From Candidatus Shapirobacteria bacterium CG_4_10_14_0_8_um_filter_39_15 (GTDB taxonomy: Bacteria > Patescibacteriota > Microgenomatia > UM-FILTER-39-15), in NCBI GenBank assembly GCA_002784465.1, contig PFLE01000011.1:69966-125678 (forward strand): a stretch of 55,713 bases of DNA, in the 5' to 3' direction. Below, one piece after another: positions 17,826 through 27,616 of this stretch. Position 1 is the stretch's first letter, and every line of letters begins with the position of its first letter. The notes beneath the pieces are model-generated. The model did no database searches. It was not told the origin of the DNA and saw nothing but the letters and a program-made list of their open reading frames with translations. The translations under genes and the position numbers were made by a program.

Positions 17826-18915
17826 GAATCGTTTCTTTGGCCATTTTTTTCCAACTATATTTTTTTACTTGATCCAAACCAAGTCGTTTCATTTTTTCTT
17901 TATTTTCTTTTTCACCAAAACAAAAATCAGAAATTGACTTGGTCATATTATTAATGTCGTACGGATCAAAATAAACTGCAGCATTCCCATATATTTCTTT
18001 AAGAACCGGTAAATTTGAACAAATTACCGGACAGCCGGAAGCCATTGCTTCCAAACCGGGTAAACCAAATCCTTCCGAAAGAGTTGGGAAAACAAATGCT
18101 CTGGCCTGAGTATAAAGCAATCTTAGTTCTTGGTCAGGAACAAAACCGAGCAAGCGAACCCGATTTTCAACCTTGTTAGTCTTAATTTTTTCGTTTAACC
18201 TATCCCAGAATATATTTCTGGAACAAGAAATAACTAAATCCAGAGGTTTTTCTATCAGTTTAATTGATTGAATCAATCTATCAATGTTTTTATGGGGGTA
18301 AACGCTTCCGGTATAAATAATAAAAGGTTTTCGAATTTCGTATTTTTCTAAAATCCCGCTTCTTTCTTCTTTCTTAAAATTATTATCTACTCCTTCATAA
18401 GTAACTAAGATTTTGTTATCAAATAAATGGTAATTTGCAACTAATTCCTTCTTAACCTGCTGGCTTGGAACGAATATTGTATCTGCTCTTTTTACCGCCT
18501 GACTAAAAACAATTTTATAACCTAGATATTTAAACCAATATAACCATGAATTGTGTGTTGTCGTTTCGATTCCACGGGATGAATGCTTTATAAGATCATG
18601 GATTGTCACTACAAATTTTCCGAAATAGAATAAGGTAACATTGAAATGAGGAAAATGGACTAAGTCCGGTTTTAGTTTAAATAATTGAATCGGTAAAAAT
18701 ATTTGTTCTTTAAGCGAATAATGAGGATAATCGGCCAAAATTTTATGAAACTTCGGATTACTAAAAGTTAGCTCGGAATAATATTTTCGCCTAAATAGCA
18801 GGTAATAGTCATTCTTTTTATCAAGCTTTTCAATCTGATCAACTAAATTAATTATATAGCGACCAATTCCTGCGTTTTCCAATCCATACATCCGGCAATC
18901 AATAATAATTCTCAT
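17809..18915 (-). CDS. GT4 glycosyltransferase
   Basis: GIGRY, TIHDL and SEGFGLPGLEAMASGCPV motifs. Confidence 0.93.
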   Translation of the reverse strand: MRIIIDCRMYGLENAGIGRYIINLVDQIEKLDKKNDYYLLFRRKYYSELTFSNPKFHKILADYPHYSLKEQIFLPIQLFKLKPDLVHFPHFNVTLFYFGKFVVTIHDLIKHSSRGIETTTHNSWLYWFKYLGYKIVFSQAVKRADTIFVPSQQVKKELVANYHLFDNKILVTYEGVDNNFKKEERSGILEKYEIRKPFIIYTGSVYPHKNIDRLIQSIKLIEKPLDLVISCSRNIFWDRLNEKIKTNKVENRVRLLGFVPDQELRLLYTQARAFVFPTLSEGFGLPGLEAMASGCPVICSNLPVLKEIYGNAAVYFDPYDINNMTKSISDFCFGEKENKEKMKRLGLDQVKKYSWKKMAKETIHEYFI

Positions 18916-19814
18916 ATTTTTGTTAATCTTCTTTTTTCTAAGTAATTAATTCCGAATAAAACAAATCCGGTTATTATAGATGGATACTTTTTCAAATAAT
19001 GTTTTTGATAGAACAACCGCATTGCTTGGGTTGACGCCATAACCGCTTTTTTTCTTGTCTCCAGAGAAGCATTGGAAATATTTTTACTTTCCTGGCGTAT
19101 TCCCGAAGAGGCTCCTTTCCAATGAAGTATTTTGATTATAGGCACATACATTATTTTCCAGCCTTTTTGTTTTACCCGATAACAGAAATCCAAATCCTCT
19201 CCATACCAAAAATAGTCCTCATCCAGCCAGTTTATGGAATCTCCTATTTCCTTTCTTACTAACAAAAAAGCGCCAGCGCAGGAATCAATCTCATGAATTT
19301 TATCTAGGTTTTGGTATCCAAGATGATAACCGTTTAAAAAACATGAATTCGGAAACAATTGGCTAATTCCGGAAAAATGACAAAAAGCATTCCAGGGAGT
19401 TGGAAATCCGCGGTGACAAGCATCATCCAGTTTTCCGTTTTTTAGTTCAACCCGGCAAGTCGCTGCCCCAACTTTTGGATTACTCTTCAAATAATCTATC
19501 ATTATCTTAAAAGTGTTGATTTCTATCTCGGTATCAGGGTTTAAAAGTAACACGTATTCCCCAACTGCCATTTTAATACCTAAATTATTACCGGCGGCGA
19601 ATCCTAAATTCTTTTTACTTGAAATTAAATTAACATTAGGAAATTTCTTCTTGATCATTTCTGCTGATTGATCAGAAGAAGCGTTATCTACCACAATTAC
19701 CTCAAATTGATAACTTTCTTTTTCTGAATTATTTATTGATTCCAAACATCTCTGCAATAATTCTTTGGTATTAAAATTTACAATTAATACTGATAAATCA
19801 ATTTTTAGATTCAT
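18912..19814 (-). CDS. GT2 glycosyltransferase (likely start MNLKIDLS at 19814)
   Basis: VVDNASSD, NLGFAAGNN, LLNPDT and YGEDLDFC motifs. Confidence 0.92.
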   Translation of the reverse strand: MNLKIDLSVLIVNFNTKELLQRCLESINNSEKESYQFEVIVVDNASSDQSAEMIKKKFPNVNLISSKKNLGFAAGNNLGIKMAVGEYVLLLNPDTEIEINTFKIMIDYLKSNPKVGAATCRVELKNGKLDDACHRGFPTPWNAFCHFSGISQLFPNSCFLNGYHLGYQNLDKIHEIDSCAGAFLLVRKEIGDSINWLDEDYFWYGEDLDFCYRVKQKGWKIMYVPIIKILHWKGASSGIRQESKNISNASLETRKKAVMASTQAMRLFYQKHYLKKYPSIITGFVLFGINYLEKRRLTKI

Positions 19815-21003
19815 TTTCAACCTCTTGATATACTTTATCCAATAATAAAGCGCATTTCTTCCAGTCATAATCATCACTAACCAAATCCCTTGCTTGTTGG
19901 CCAATATTTTTCGCTAATTTTTTATCCTCCAAAACAGAAATTGCTTTGGCAATCATTTGATTTCGATCGTTGGCAATCATAATTTGTTGACTATCATTTA
20001 CTCTTATTCCTTCAATACCCATGCTTGTAGTAACAATGGGTAATCCAGATGCCATTGCTTCAAAAAACTTGGTTCGGCTGCCGCCACGACTACGCAATGG
20101 AGCAACCAAAACCCAAGACCTTTGGTATGCTTCACGACTATCATTAATTTCCTGAATCACGATATCTTTTTGTCCTACATAAACAGATAGGGCTTGTGGA
20201 GCGATTTTACCAACAATCCATAATTTCGCGTTGGCAACATGTTTCTTAATTTCTGGCCAAATTTCTTCGATCAAAACTTTGGCTCCCTCTTTATTTTCCA
20301 TCCAATGAAAATCAGCTGCACCAAAAAGAACCGTCGGCTGGGAATTTTTTGGATATTGAGGTTTAGAATAATATTCAAAATCTACCCCATTGGGAACAAT
20401 ATAAACTCTTTTGTTGGGTACTTGCTTTTTGATCTGGAAGTTGTCCTCTTCGGAAACATCAACTAAAAGATTGGCTTTCTTCCAGTAATATGTTTCCCAG
20501 TATTTTAATTTTAAAACATCAATCATAAGAGCCGGTTTAAGCCAAAATAAATACCAAGACAAAGACTCAACAAACCTTTTGTAAACCGCGTAAAAAATCG
20601 TTTGTTCGGTTAAAAGGATCGGTACGGTTGTATTGGGAATATGGGGCATGGCATAAAAATTTTCCGCATGGATTAAATCAAATTTTTCCTTTGTTAATTC
20701 TTCAGCCACTGCTGTTTTTTCTTCATCGCTTAAATTTCGAATTACCAAAAATGGATACAAGCCGAAACCGGTCCGAAGAATATTTTTTAATGTCCATGGT
20801 TTTTCCGGTCTTTTAAAGATTCTTACCTTTTTGCAATATTTCTCCAATTCCGAAACGTATTTCTTTTCGTTGTCGGTTTTTATTAGAGAAAAAAGAGTAA
20901 TTTCGTGCTTTTTGGATAAATTTTTAATCAGATTATACGATCGAACTTGACCCCCGGAAGACGGCGGATAAGGAAGATACGGAGTAAGCATTAATATTTT
21001 CAT
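19798..21003 (-). CDS. GT4 glycosyltransferase
   Basis: PYPPSSGG, VPNGVD and KFFEAMASGLPIVTT motifs. Confidence 0.92.
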   Translation of the reverse strand: MKILMLTPYLPYPPSSGGQVRSYNLIKNLSKKHEITLFSLIKTDNEKKYVSELEKYCKKVRIFKRPEKPWTLKNILRTGFGLYPFLVIRNLSDEEKTAVAEELTKEKFDLIHAENFYAMPHIPNTTVPILLTEQTIFYAVYKRFVESLSWYLFWLKPALMIDVLKLKYWETYYWKKANLLVDVSEEDNFQIKKQVPNKRVYIVPNGVDFEYYSKPQYPKNSQPTVLFGAADFHWMENKEGAKVLIEEIWPEIKKHVANAKLWIVGKIAPQALSVYVGQKDIVIQEINDSREAYQRSWVLVAPLRSRGGSRTKFFEAMASGLPIVTTSMGIEGIRVNDSQQIMIANDRNQMIAKAISVLEDKKLAKNIGQQARDLVSDDYDWKKCALLLDKVYQEVENESKN

Positions 21004-22466
21004 TTTTTTATTAAATTAAAAATAATATATTGGTCGGTCTGCTTTATTACCGAATAGTTAGCTGTCATATACTTGCCAAAATCCGTTTGAGCAAGACTAT
21101 TCCATTGAGTCGTCACATAAACCGTTCCCCCCATTTGCCTAATTTTTTCTATTGAGCCAGAAATATTAGGAAAATATGAAGCATAGCCGCCGGTCCAACC
21201 ATGACGGTTAGTATTATAAAGAAGAGTCGCGTCATTAGTATCGCCGGTCAATATTAAAGCATCTTTTTGTGTCAGTTGGTCTACCGCCTGTCCAGCCAAA
21301 TCAACACCGCCCTGAATATTATAATAATCTCTCACTTGATACCAAGAAAAAGCTAAAGTAAAAAGGATGCAAACCGTTAATAACCCCTTACTTAACCAAT
21401 GATGAATTAAAAGATTATTTTTGTCTAGCAGAAAGGTTACTCCTTTAGCCAAGAAAATAGAAAAAATCGGAATAAGAGGAATTTGATAATAATCATGGGT
21501 GACATTACCGGCCGCGAATACCGTAATGTATAAAATATTTGACAACAACCATAAATAGAAAAACCAACCTTCTTTTTTATTAGGTTTTATAACCAAACCT
21601 ATTCCTAAAGGAATTAACCCCCAAAATCCCAAAATTAATTCTCCGATTCTTTTAGCAAATATCCACCAAAAAAACGCTCCCTTAAAACGAATGTCGCCTT
21701 GATTCAGAAGCCATTCATTTGGAGGAATTCCTTCGGGAAAATGATTAATCCAAAGTCGCCATAAAATTATCGGGATTACGATTAGAATTGCGATAACCCA
21801 AACTTGCTTTTGTTTTAATAATGAAAAAGAAAATTTTCGAAACAATAAATAAAACAACGGAAGACTTAAAAAGAATGGATATACCTTTTGGGTTAAAGCC
21901 AAAGCCCCGAAAATTATTAGCAAAATTAAATTAAAAAATGAGTTTTTATCAAGCCATTTTATAAAGTAAAAAACAAAAGCCAAACAGCAAAAAATCATAA
22001 ACGGCTCCGGAAGAATCACGCGCGAGTAATACACGCTGTAAGGAAGAACCGAGAAAAAGAAAGCCGTCCAAAGAGCGGTTTTTTCTTCTATAAATTCTTT
22101 TACAATTAAATAAAGAAAAATAATTGAACCTAAAGAAAAGACAATAGAAACTAATCTCGCCAACGGTTCCTTTATCCCAAAAATCTTATAAAATATAGCT
22201 ATTATTGTTTGATAAATAGGGGGTTCTACCATAAAAAGCCGTTGAGGATTCGGAGTCGAAGCGTCACTTAAATTTGTCATATTGTCAATTGTCGGCTTAA
22301 GAAAATTCCAATCCTCTTTAATGAAATTTCTGGCAACCGCTGCCGTATCAGCTTGCCGCCAGGAATGATGATCAGCCAAAGGAATATCAATCTTATAAAG
22401 TCTTGGTATAATTGCCAAAACCAGCAATAAAGATAGCAGAAGATACTCTACAATATTTTTCTTCAT
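21000..22466 (-). CDS. GT-C membrane glycosyltransferase (PMT/ArnT-like)
   Basis: WRQADT in the first loop, EPPIY, multiple TM helices and HDYY. Confidence 0.82.
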   Translation of the reverse strand: MKKNIVEYLLLSLLLVLAIIPRLYKIDIPLADHHSWRQADTAAVARNFIKEDWNFLKPTIDNMTNLSDASTPNPQRLFMVEPPIYQTIIAIFYKIFGIKEPLARLVSIVFSLGSIIFLYLIVKEFIEEKTALWTAFFFSVLPYSVYYSRVILPEPFMIFCCLAFVFYFIKWLDKNSFFNLILLIIFGALALTQKVYPFFLSLPLFYLLFRKFSFSLLKQKQVWVIAILIVIPIILWRLWINHFPEGIPPNEWLLNQGDIRFKGAFFWWIFAKRIGELILGFWGLIPLGIGLVIKPNKKEGWFFYLWLLSNILYITVFAAGNVTHDYYQIPLIPIFSIFLAKGVTFLLDKNNLLIHHWLSKGLLTVCILFTLAFSWYQVRDYYNIQGGVDLAGQAVDQLTQKDALILTGDTNDATLLYNTNRHGWTGGYASYFPNISGSIEKIRQMGGTVYVTTQWNSLAQTDFGKYMTANYSVIKQTDQYIIFNLIKK

Positions 22467-23965
22467 GATAATTTATCTGCTTTTGTGGGATTTAACTTCA
22501 TTAATCCAACTAATAAGCCAACGATAATCCAAAAAACATAGGCGACTTTTGACGATTCAAAGACATCGATAAAGGAAGCGTTAATTAAGAAGCCTAAAAT
22601 CGCTCCGGAGAAACCGATAACCAGCATTTTTTCCGGTGGAGAAACATTTTTGGCAAGATATTTAATGACCTCAATAATAATCTGTAAAAAGATGAGGAAT
22701 ATCGCCACAAAACCCAACAAACCGGTTTCCCCAAGAACTCGAAGGTAATCATTATCCGTCGCAAGAGTAATGGATGAATAGCCCGTGCCCAATAGTGGAT
22801 TTTTCAAAAAGGCTCTAATTGCCCGAGGCCATTCAACATTCAAACGAATTGTTGTCGAACGGTATGCGGTAAGGGCTGTAATATCAGCTGAAGATGTTGA
22901 TTCATATGTCATATATCTTTTCGGTCCGCTGGGAATAATAATCTCTGTTGGTGTAGACAGAGGAGTAACGATTTTCTTTGTCGGTTTGATCGCCACTACA
23001 GGAACAGGAGCAGGAGTCGGAGTCGGAGTTAGTGTAGGAATAGGGGTTGGAACATATAGCCTACTTAACCAAGCTAAGCGGCTTTTATCAAAAGCTTCAA
23101 CGGCCAAATCACGATTGATCCTGATCGTCGCGGCATAGCGGTCGGTCAAATCGCGGGAGGCAAAAGTTCCAAGAATGGACAATAACAGAACCGGAAGAAT
23201 CCATCTGAATTTTCTCGAAATTACCAAAATAAAAACAATGCTGACCAAATAAGCCATAAAGGCAATCTGCGAAGACGTCAAAATTAATAAATAAAAAGAA
23301 AAAACGCCAACAATAACGATAAATATTTTTTGCAATCGTCGTTTATAGCTAAAGATTGCTCCGAAAAGGAATGCGAGAAACAATACCAGATAAGCCGCTA
23401 GATCATAATGTCCGGCAAAGGTTGAGTTAATCCTCGCCCATTCAGTCAGCGTCAAAAGAATCCCCTTAGAGAATTCTTCATTCATTGTCGATACCACCGG
23501 GAAACCTAAGAATTTTTGACCTAATCCATATAAAATAACCCCGATGGTAGCGAGAACCAAAACGCTAAAAGAATCCTTAATATTTTGAACCTTTTTAACA
23601 GAGTAAACACTGATAAAAAACAAAGACATGTATTCGATATGCCGCATCCAATGCAGCACGACTAAATGCGGAATAACGTTTTTTGTGATGAAAATTGCGG
23701 ATAAGGTCGAAAGTCCGCCAACGAAAAAATAGACTAAAAATAAACGGTTCAGGCGATTTTGGAAGAATTGAGTTTTCTGTCGGATAATTTTAATCAGAAA
23801 AATTCCAACCATAAAAGCGACGAGGAAATCCTCAAACCTAATGGCAACATAGGTTTTAGGAATATTAAATAACGGAAATTTGGGATATAAAGGAATGAAA
23901 ACCAGCAGGATAATAATCCCTAAAAAAAATATCCTTTGATCAAACCAATTTAAGAGCTTTTTCAT
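22463..23965 (-). CDS. O-antigen ligase/polymerase-like membrane protein with a Pro/Thr-rich loop
   Basis: RINSTFAG, NPLLGTGYS and DNDYLRVLGETGLLG motifs. Many TM helices. Confidence 0.78.
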   Translation of the reverse strand: MKKLLNWFDQRIFFLGIIILLVFIPLYPKFPLFNIPKTYVAIRFEDFLVAFMVGIFLIKIIRQKTQFFQNRLNRLFLVYFFVGGLSTLSAIFITKNVIPHLVVLHWMRHIEYMSLFFISVYSVKKVQNIKDSFSVLVLATIGVILYGLGQKFLGFPVVSTMNEEFSKGILLTLTEWARINSTFAGHYDLAAYLVLFLAFLFGAIFSYKRRLQKIFIVIVGVFSFYLLILTSSQIAFMAYLVSIVFILVISRKFRWILPVLLLSILGTFASRDLTDRYAATIRINRDLAVEAFDKSRLAWLSRLYVPTPIPTLTPTPTPAPVPVVAIKPTKKIVTPLSTPTEIIIPSGPKRYMTYESTSSADITALTAYRSTTIRLNVEWPRAIRAFLKNPLLGTGYSSITLATDNDYLRVLGETGLLGFVAIFLIFLQIIIEVIKYLAKNVSPPEKMLVIGFSGAILGFLINASFIDVFESSKVAYVFWIIVGLLVGLMKLNPTKADKLS

Positions 23966-24806
23966 AAGTCTCCTTTAAATAAGAATTATTTGTTAATAGA
24001 CCAATTAGAATCGCCAACCCGGCCTTAAGTTTCAACAAGAATATCAATAAGACTTGTTCAATGACTGATTTATGTTTTCTGTAAAAGTAAACAAGGCTTT
24101 TGTAATTAGCCAGTATTGGCGCTTCCCGACCGCTTTGAGAACTTTTTTGCCACAAATGAACGATTTTCGGTTTGGGATAATAATAAACCTTAAACCCGGC
24201 TTTTTTAATCCGATAGCACCACTCGACTTCGTCATAGTACATAAAAATATTTTCGTCGAGTAGGCCGGTTTTCTCCAAAATATTTTTCCGTATCATTAAA
24301 GCCGCTCCCATCACCCAATCGGCTTCAGTTAATTTATCGAATGATGTCCTGACAAATCGGTTTTGCTGCCAATGCTCAAAAAACAGCATTATAAATACCG
24401 ATAATAGGTCCGGAAATCGTCCGACCGAAGCTTGTTTAGAATGATCTGTATTTAATAATTGAGGTCCAACGACCCCAATTTCCTTATGCGATTCCATAAA
24501 ATTAACTAAATCTTTTAATGAATCTTTTTCTACGAGTGTATCCGAATTAAGAAGTAAAATGTATTTACCTTTGGCAATTTTAATTCCTTGGTTGTTAGCT
24601 TTCGAAAATCCTTCGTTACTGTCATTTTCAATTAATATAATGTTTGGATAATTCTTACTGATAAATTCCGGGCTGCCATCGGTTGAATGGTTGTCAATAA
24701 CAATAATTTCCATGTCAATCTCTTTGGAATTCTTAAGAATTGATTTAAGACAATTATCTAAAATATCTTTTGTATTAAAGCTTAGAATAATAATTGATAA
24801 ATTCAT
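23940..24806 (-). CDS. GT2 glycosyltransferase
   Basis: IDNHSTD, GFSKANN, LLNSDT and MYYDEVEWC motifs. Confidence 0.92.
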   Translation of the reverse strand: MNLSIIILSFNTKDILDNCLKSILKNSKEIDMEIIVIDNHSTDGSPEFISKNYPNIILIENDSNEGFSKANNQGIKIAKGKYILLLNSDTLVEKDSLKDLVNFMESHKEIGVVGPQLLNTDHSKQASVGRFPDLLSVFIMLFFEHWQQNRFVRTSFDKLTEADWVMGAALMIRKNILEKTGLLDENIFMYYDEVEWCYRIKKAGFKVYYYPKPKIVHLWQKSSQSGREAPILANYKSLVYFYRKHKSVIEQVLLIFLLKLKAGLAILIGLLTNNSYLKETYEKALKLV

Positions 24807-24811
24807 TTCTT

Positions 24812-25372
24812 TTATTTCCGAAGCATATCCTTAGCTTCCTTAATTAACCACCAACTCAAACAGACAATCCCGCCGGTCACGATTAAACGAATTATCGGGT
24901 TTGAATTTCTTTCAATCAATGTAACTTTTGTTTTGTATTCCCGACCGTTGATAATTAGTTTATTTTTGACCCTTTTTTCCGGACTGGTAAATGGATCGTT
25001 TCCCCATTCGAAACCACTCACAAATAAAGATTCTCTTAACGGATGAATAATTTCTTCGAAATAAGTTACTTGTTGTGTCGCACGAATTAATTCCCGGAAA
25101 TATTCGGGCGGATGGTTGAGACGATAAGTAATTAAAGGAAGATTAAACAAACTCGAACGGGAATAATGACTTTGGTAAAAATTAATAACCTCCTGACGGG
25201 ATAAATTAGTATAATACGCAGAAATACCAAGAATTTGCACCGTGTCGCCGGGTTCCGTTGATTTTAAACTTTGCGGAAGAGGCGGCAATTCTACCGGTGC
25301 CGGAAGAACAAGATAAAACACCCAAAGAATTAAAATTCCGACCAATAAAGGTTTGATTATTTTTTTTCCCAT
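24812..25372 (-). CDS. Hypothetical membrane protein (likely start MGKKIIK at 25372)
   Basis: N- and C-terminal TM segments. Fills the gap in the operon. Confidence 0.7.
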   Translation of the reverse strand: MGKKIIKPLLVGILILWVFYLVLPAPVELPPLPQSLKSTEPGDTVQILGISAYYTNLSRQEVINFYQSHYSRSSLFNLPLITYRLNHPPEYFRELIRATQQVTYFEEIIHPLRESLFVSGFEWGNDPFTSPEKRVKNKLIINGREYKTKVTLIERNSNPIIRLIVTGGIVCLSWWLIKEAKDMLRK

Positions 25373-25382
25373 TAGTAAATAA

Positions 25383-25985
25383 TTATTGGAAAAGTCTGGC
25401 TCGACCCAAACGATAATGGTACTCTTTAATTCTTCTCTCACCGATTTCCCTCGCCGGAACTCCCCCAACAATCTTTCCCGGCACAACATCGTGAGTTACC
25501 ACGGCTGCCGCGGCGATAACCGCCCCTTTACCGATTTTTATTCCCGGCAAAACAATCGCCCTTGGTCCGATAAAGACATAATCGTCAATAAAAACTGAAT
25601 CTTCAATCGCAATCATTTCTTCATGGTGAACATCATGTTCAGAGTTATAAATCATCACTTCGGAAGCAATATCTACATGATTTCCAATAACTAAATTTGC
25701 CCGGCCATCTAAAAAAGCATGATTGCCAATAATCGTATCTTCTCCGATCTGAATATTTTTGGGATTAAAAAAGTTTGCCCACATATGAATCGCTGAACCT
25801 TGACCAATTTTCATCCCGGCCAAACGGTAAACCGTATTTCTGATTGTATGTAAAGGAATGTACCCTACCCACCGAAGAAGCATTAATTCAAAATCCAATC
25901 CAACGTTCGAAAATCTGTTAAATATTTTTGGCCAAGCTTGATTTAAAGTGAGATCTCGGCCGTTCTTGTCTTTAAAAATCTTCAT
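25383..25985 (-). CDS. Hexapeptide-repeat (LbH) O-acetyltransferase
   Basis: IGEDTIIG, IGNHVDI and VFIGPRAIVLPGIKIGKGAVI..VGGVPA motifs. Confidence 0.92.
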   Translation of the reverse strand: MKIFKDKNGRDLTLNQAWPKIFNRFSNVGLDFELMLLRWVGYIPLHTIRNTVYRLAGMKIGQGSAIHMWANFFNPKNIQIGEDTIIGNHAFLDGRANLVIGNHVDIASEVMIYNSEHDVHHEEMIAIEDSVFIDDYVFIGPRAIVLPGIKIGKGAVIAAAAVVTHDVVPGKIVGGVPAREIGERRIKEYHYRLGRARLFQ

Positions 25986-27616
25986 TGATTAATTATATCA
26001 TTTTTTGGTATATCTTCCTTTTTGCTGATTTTATAAATCACGATATTCTTGCCGGTTGTCCATTGGTCAATAATCTGACCCGGATTAAAATCCGATATTT
26101 CCATGATCTTTGAACTTAAGGGGTCGCTTTGACCTGATTCATCTACTACAAATAAAATTTCAGCATTTTGATAATCTTGCGGGTACCAGTCTAAGGCTCT
26201 CTTGCCGCCAAAAGTCTCCGTAAAATATCGGTAATCAACCGCATTTCGGTCCCAGCGATCAGCGTCTTTTTGAATCGTTGCGATATTAAAAGTTCCATTT
26301 TCGGGAGCATTCAAAGCGATAATCTTACCAACTTCTTTTAAATCATTAATATCTCTCCAGGTTTTTTCGTGAATGGTGGTGTATTTTAGATGAAAAATGA
26401 TTAGCAAAGCAAACGCTAATGAGAGAATCGTTTTTATTAATATCTTTTTTGAATCAAAGACAATTTTTCCTAATAAACCAAACAGTAAAATCGGCGCCGG
26501 AAAAAGAAAAAGGTAATAAAAAAAGAAAAAGCTGCCGCCGTACATCCTCGATATCAAAACTCCCCAAATAATCCAAATCCATAGCAACACTAAAGGCAGT
26601 TTATACTTATTCGGTTTGAATAAACTGAAAAAGATTATTAAAGCAAGGATTCCTAATCCCCACCATTGGAAAGAAATTGAAAAAGGTTTTTGGGCAACCA
26701 CGGAGATTGGTTTGTTTAAATAAAAGATATCCGAAAGCCTACCGGTAAATTCAAGAGGGGCGCCATATCCGACCATGATTTTCCCGGAAATTAAAATGGT
26801 GAATAAGGCAATTAAGGAGGTGGAAAATGATTCAAGAAGATTCACTCCGGTTTTCGGACCTAAATGACTGCCATCAAAAAAAAATATTTTTGCCTGTTGA
26901 GTGAGAAAAAAATTATGCCTTATCTCGAAGATAAAAAGCGGGCTGACAAAGAAAAATAAGATTCCGATTGCGCCCAATAATCCCAATATTCCCAATTTAT
27001 CTTTTATCAGGGCGAAAAACCAGATAAAAATAAAAAGCGGTATTAATATCCAGGCGCCAAAATGTAAACTTAAGCAGTATCCATAAAAACCAAATGCCAG
27101 TAAAAAATACTTCAGCTTCTTTTCTTTAAAATACATGTAGATAAAATAAAAAGTAATTAAGATAAAAAAAGGAAGAGTGTTCGGATTCCAAGCTCTCCTT
27201 GTTAATTCAACAATTAACGGGGATACGGCAAATAGTCCGCTGCTAAAAATACCCGCTGGTCTGCCAAAAATTTTATTGGCAATAAAATAAATTGCGGGAA
27301 TCGTTAATACTCCGATAAAAGCCGAATAAATATCAATACTCACTGGATTTAATTTCGAAAGCCATAATATCGGAGCAATCGTATAATAATAAAATGGGGG
27401 CAAATACATTCCCGGTAAAGATGTTTGAGTTCCCAATAGCCGCCATTGATGATCAATAATCATTCTTTTTACGAACAAGGCGTCTCTCGATTGATCAAAG
27501 GTAAAAAAATTCAAGGACGTAATATTGGTGAAACGCAAAACAACAGCTATTAAAATAAAGACCAAAAGCAAACTTAATTCCCAATTTCTAGTTAAGAACT
27601 TTTTAATTCTGTTCAT
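25982..27616 (-). CDS. GT-C membrane glycosyltransferase (PMT/ArnT-like)
   Basis: FTFDQSRD, PPFYYY and AWNPN motifs. Polytopic. Paralog of 27613-29151. Confidence 0.82.
   Translation of the reverse strand: MNRIKKFLTRNWELSLLLVFILIAVVLRFTNITSLNFFTFDQSRDALFVKRMIIDHQWRLLGTQTSLPGMYLPPFYYYTIAPILWLSKLNPVSIDIYSAFIGVLTIPAIYFIANKIFGRPAGIFSSGLFAVSPLIVELTRRAWNPNTLPFFILITFYFIYMYFKEKKLKYFLLAFGFYGYCLSLHFGAWILIPLFIFIWFFALIKDKLGILGLLGAIGILFFFVSPLFIFEIRHNFFLTQQAKIFFFDGSHLGPKTGVNLLESFSTSLIALFTILISGKIMVGYGAPLEFTGRLSDIFYLNKPISVVAQKPFSISFQWWGLGILALIIFFSLFKPNKYKLPLVLLWIWIIWGVLISRMYGGSFFFFYYLFLFPAPILLFGLLGKIVFDSKKILIKTILSLAFALLIIFHLKYTTIHEKTWRDINDLKEVGKIIALNAPENGTFNIATIQKDADRWDRNAVDYRYFTETFGGKRALDWYPQDYQNAEILFVVDESGQSDPLSSKIMEISDFNPGQIIDQWTTGKNIVIYKISKKEDIPKNDIINQ

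Noticed and set aside
26870-26890. Homopolymer A/T runs as phase-variation tracts
   Set aside because: Runs of about 8-9 nt are expected in AT-rich membrane-protein genes, and all frames are intact.
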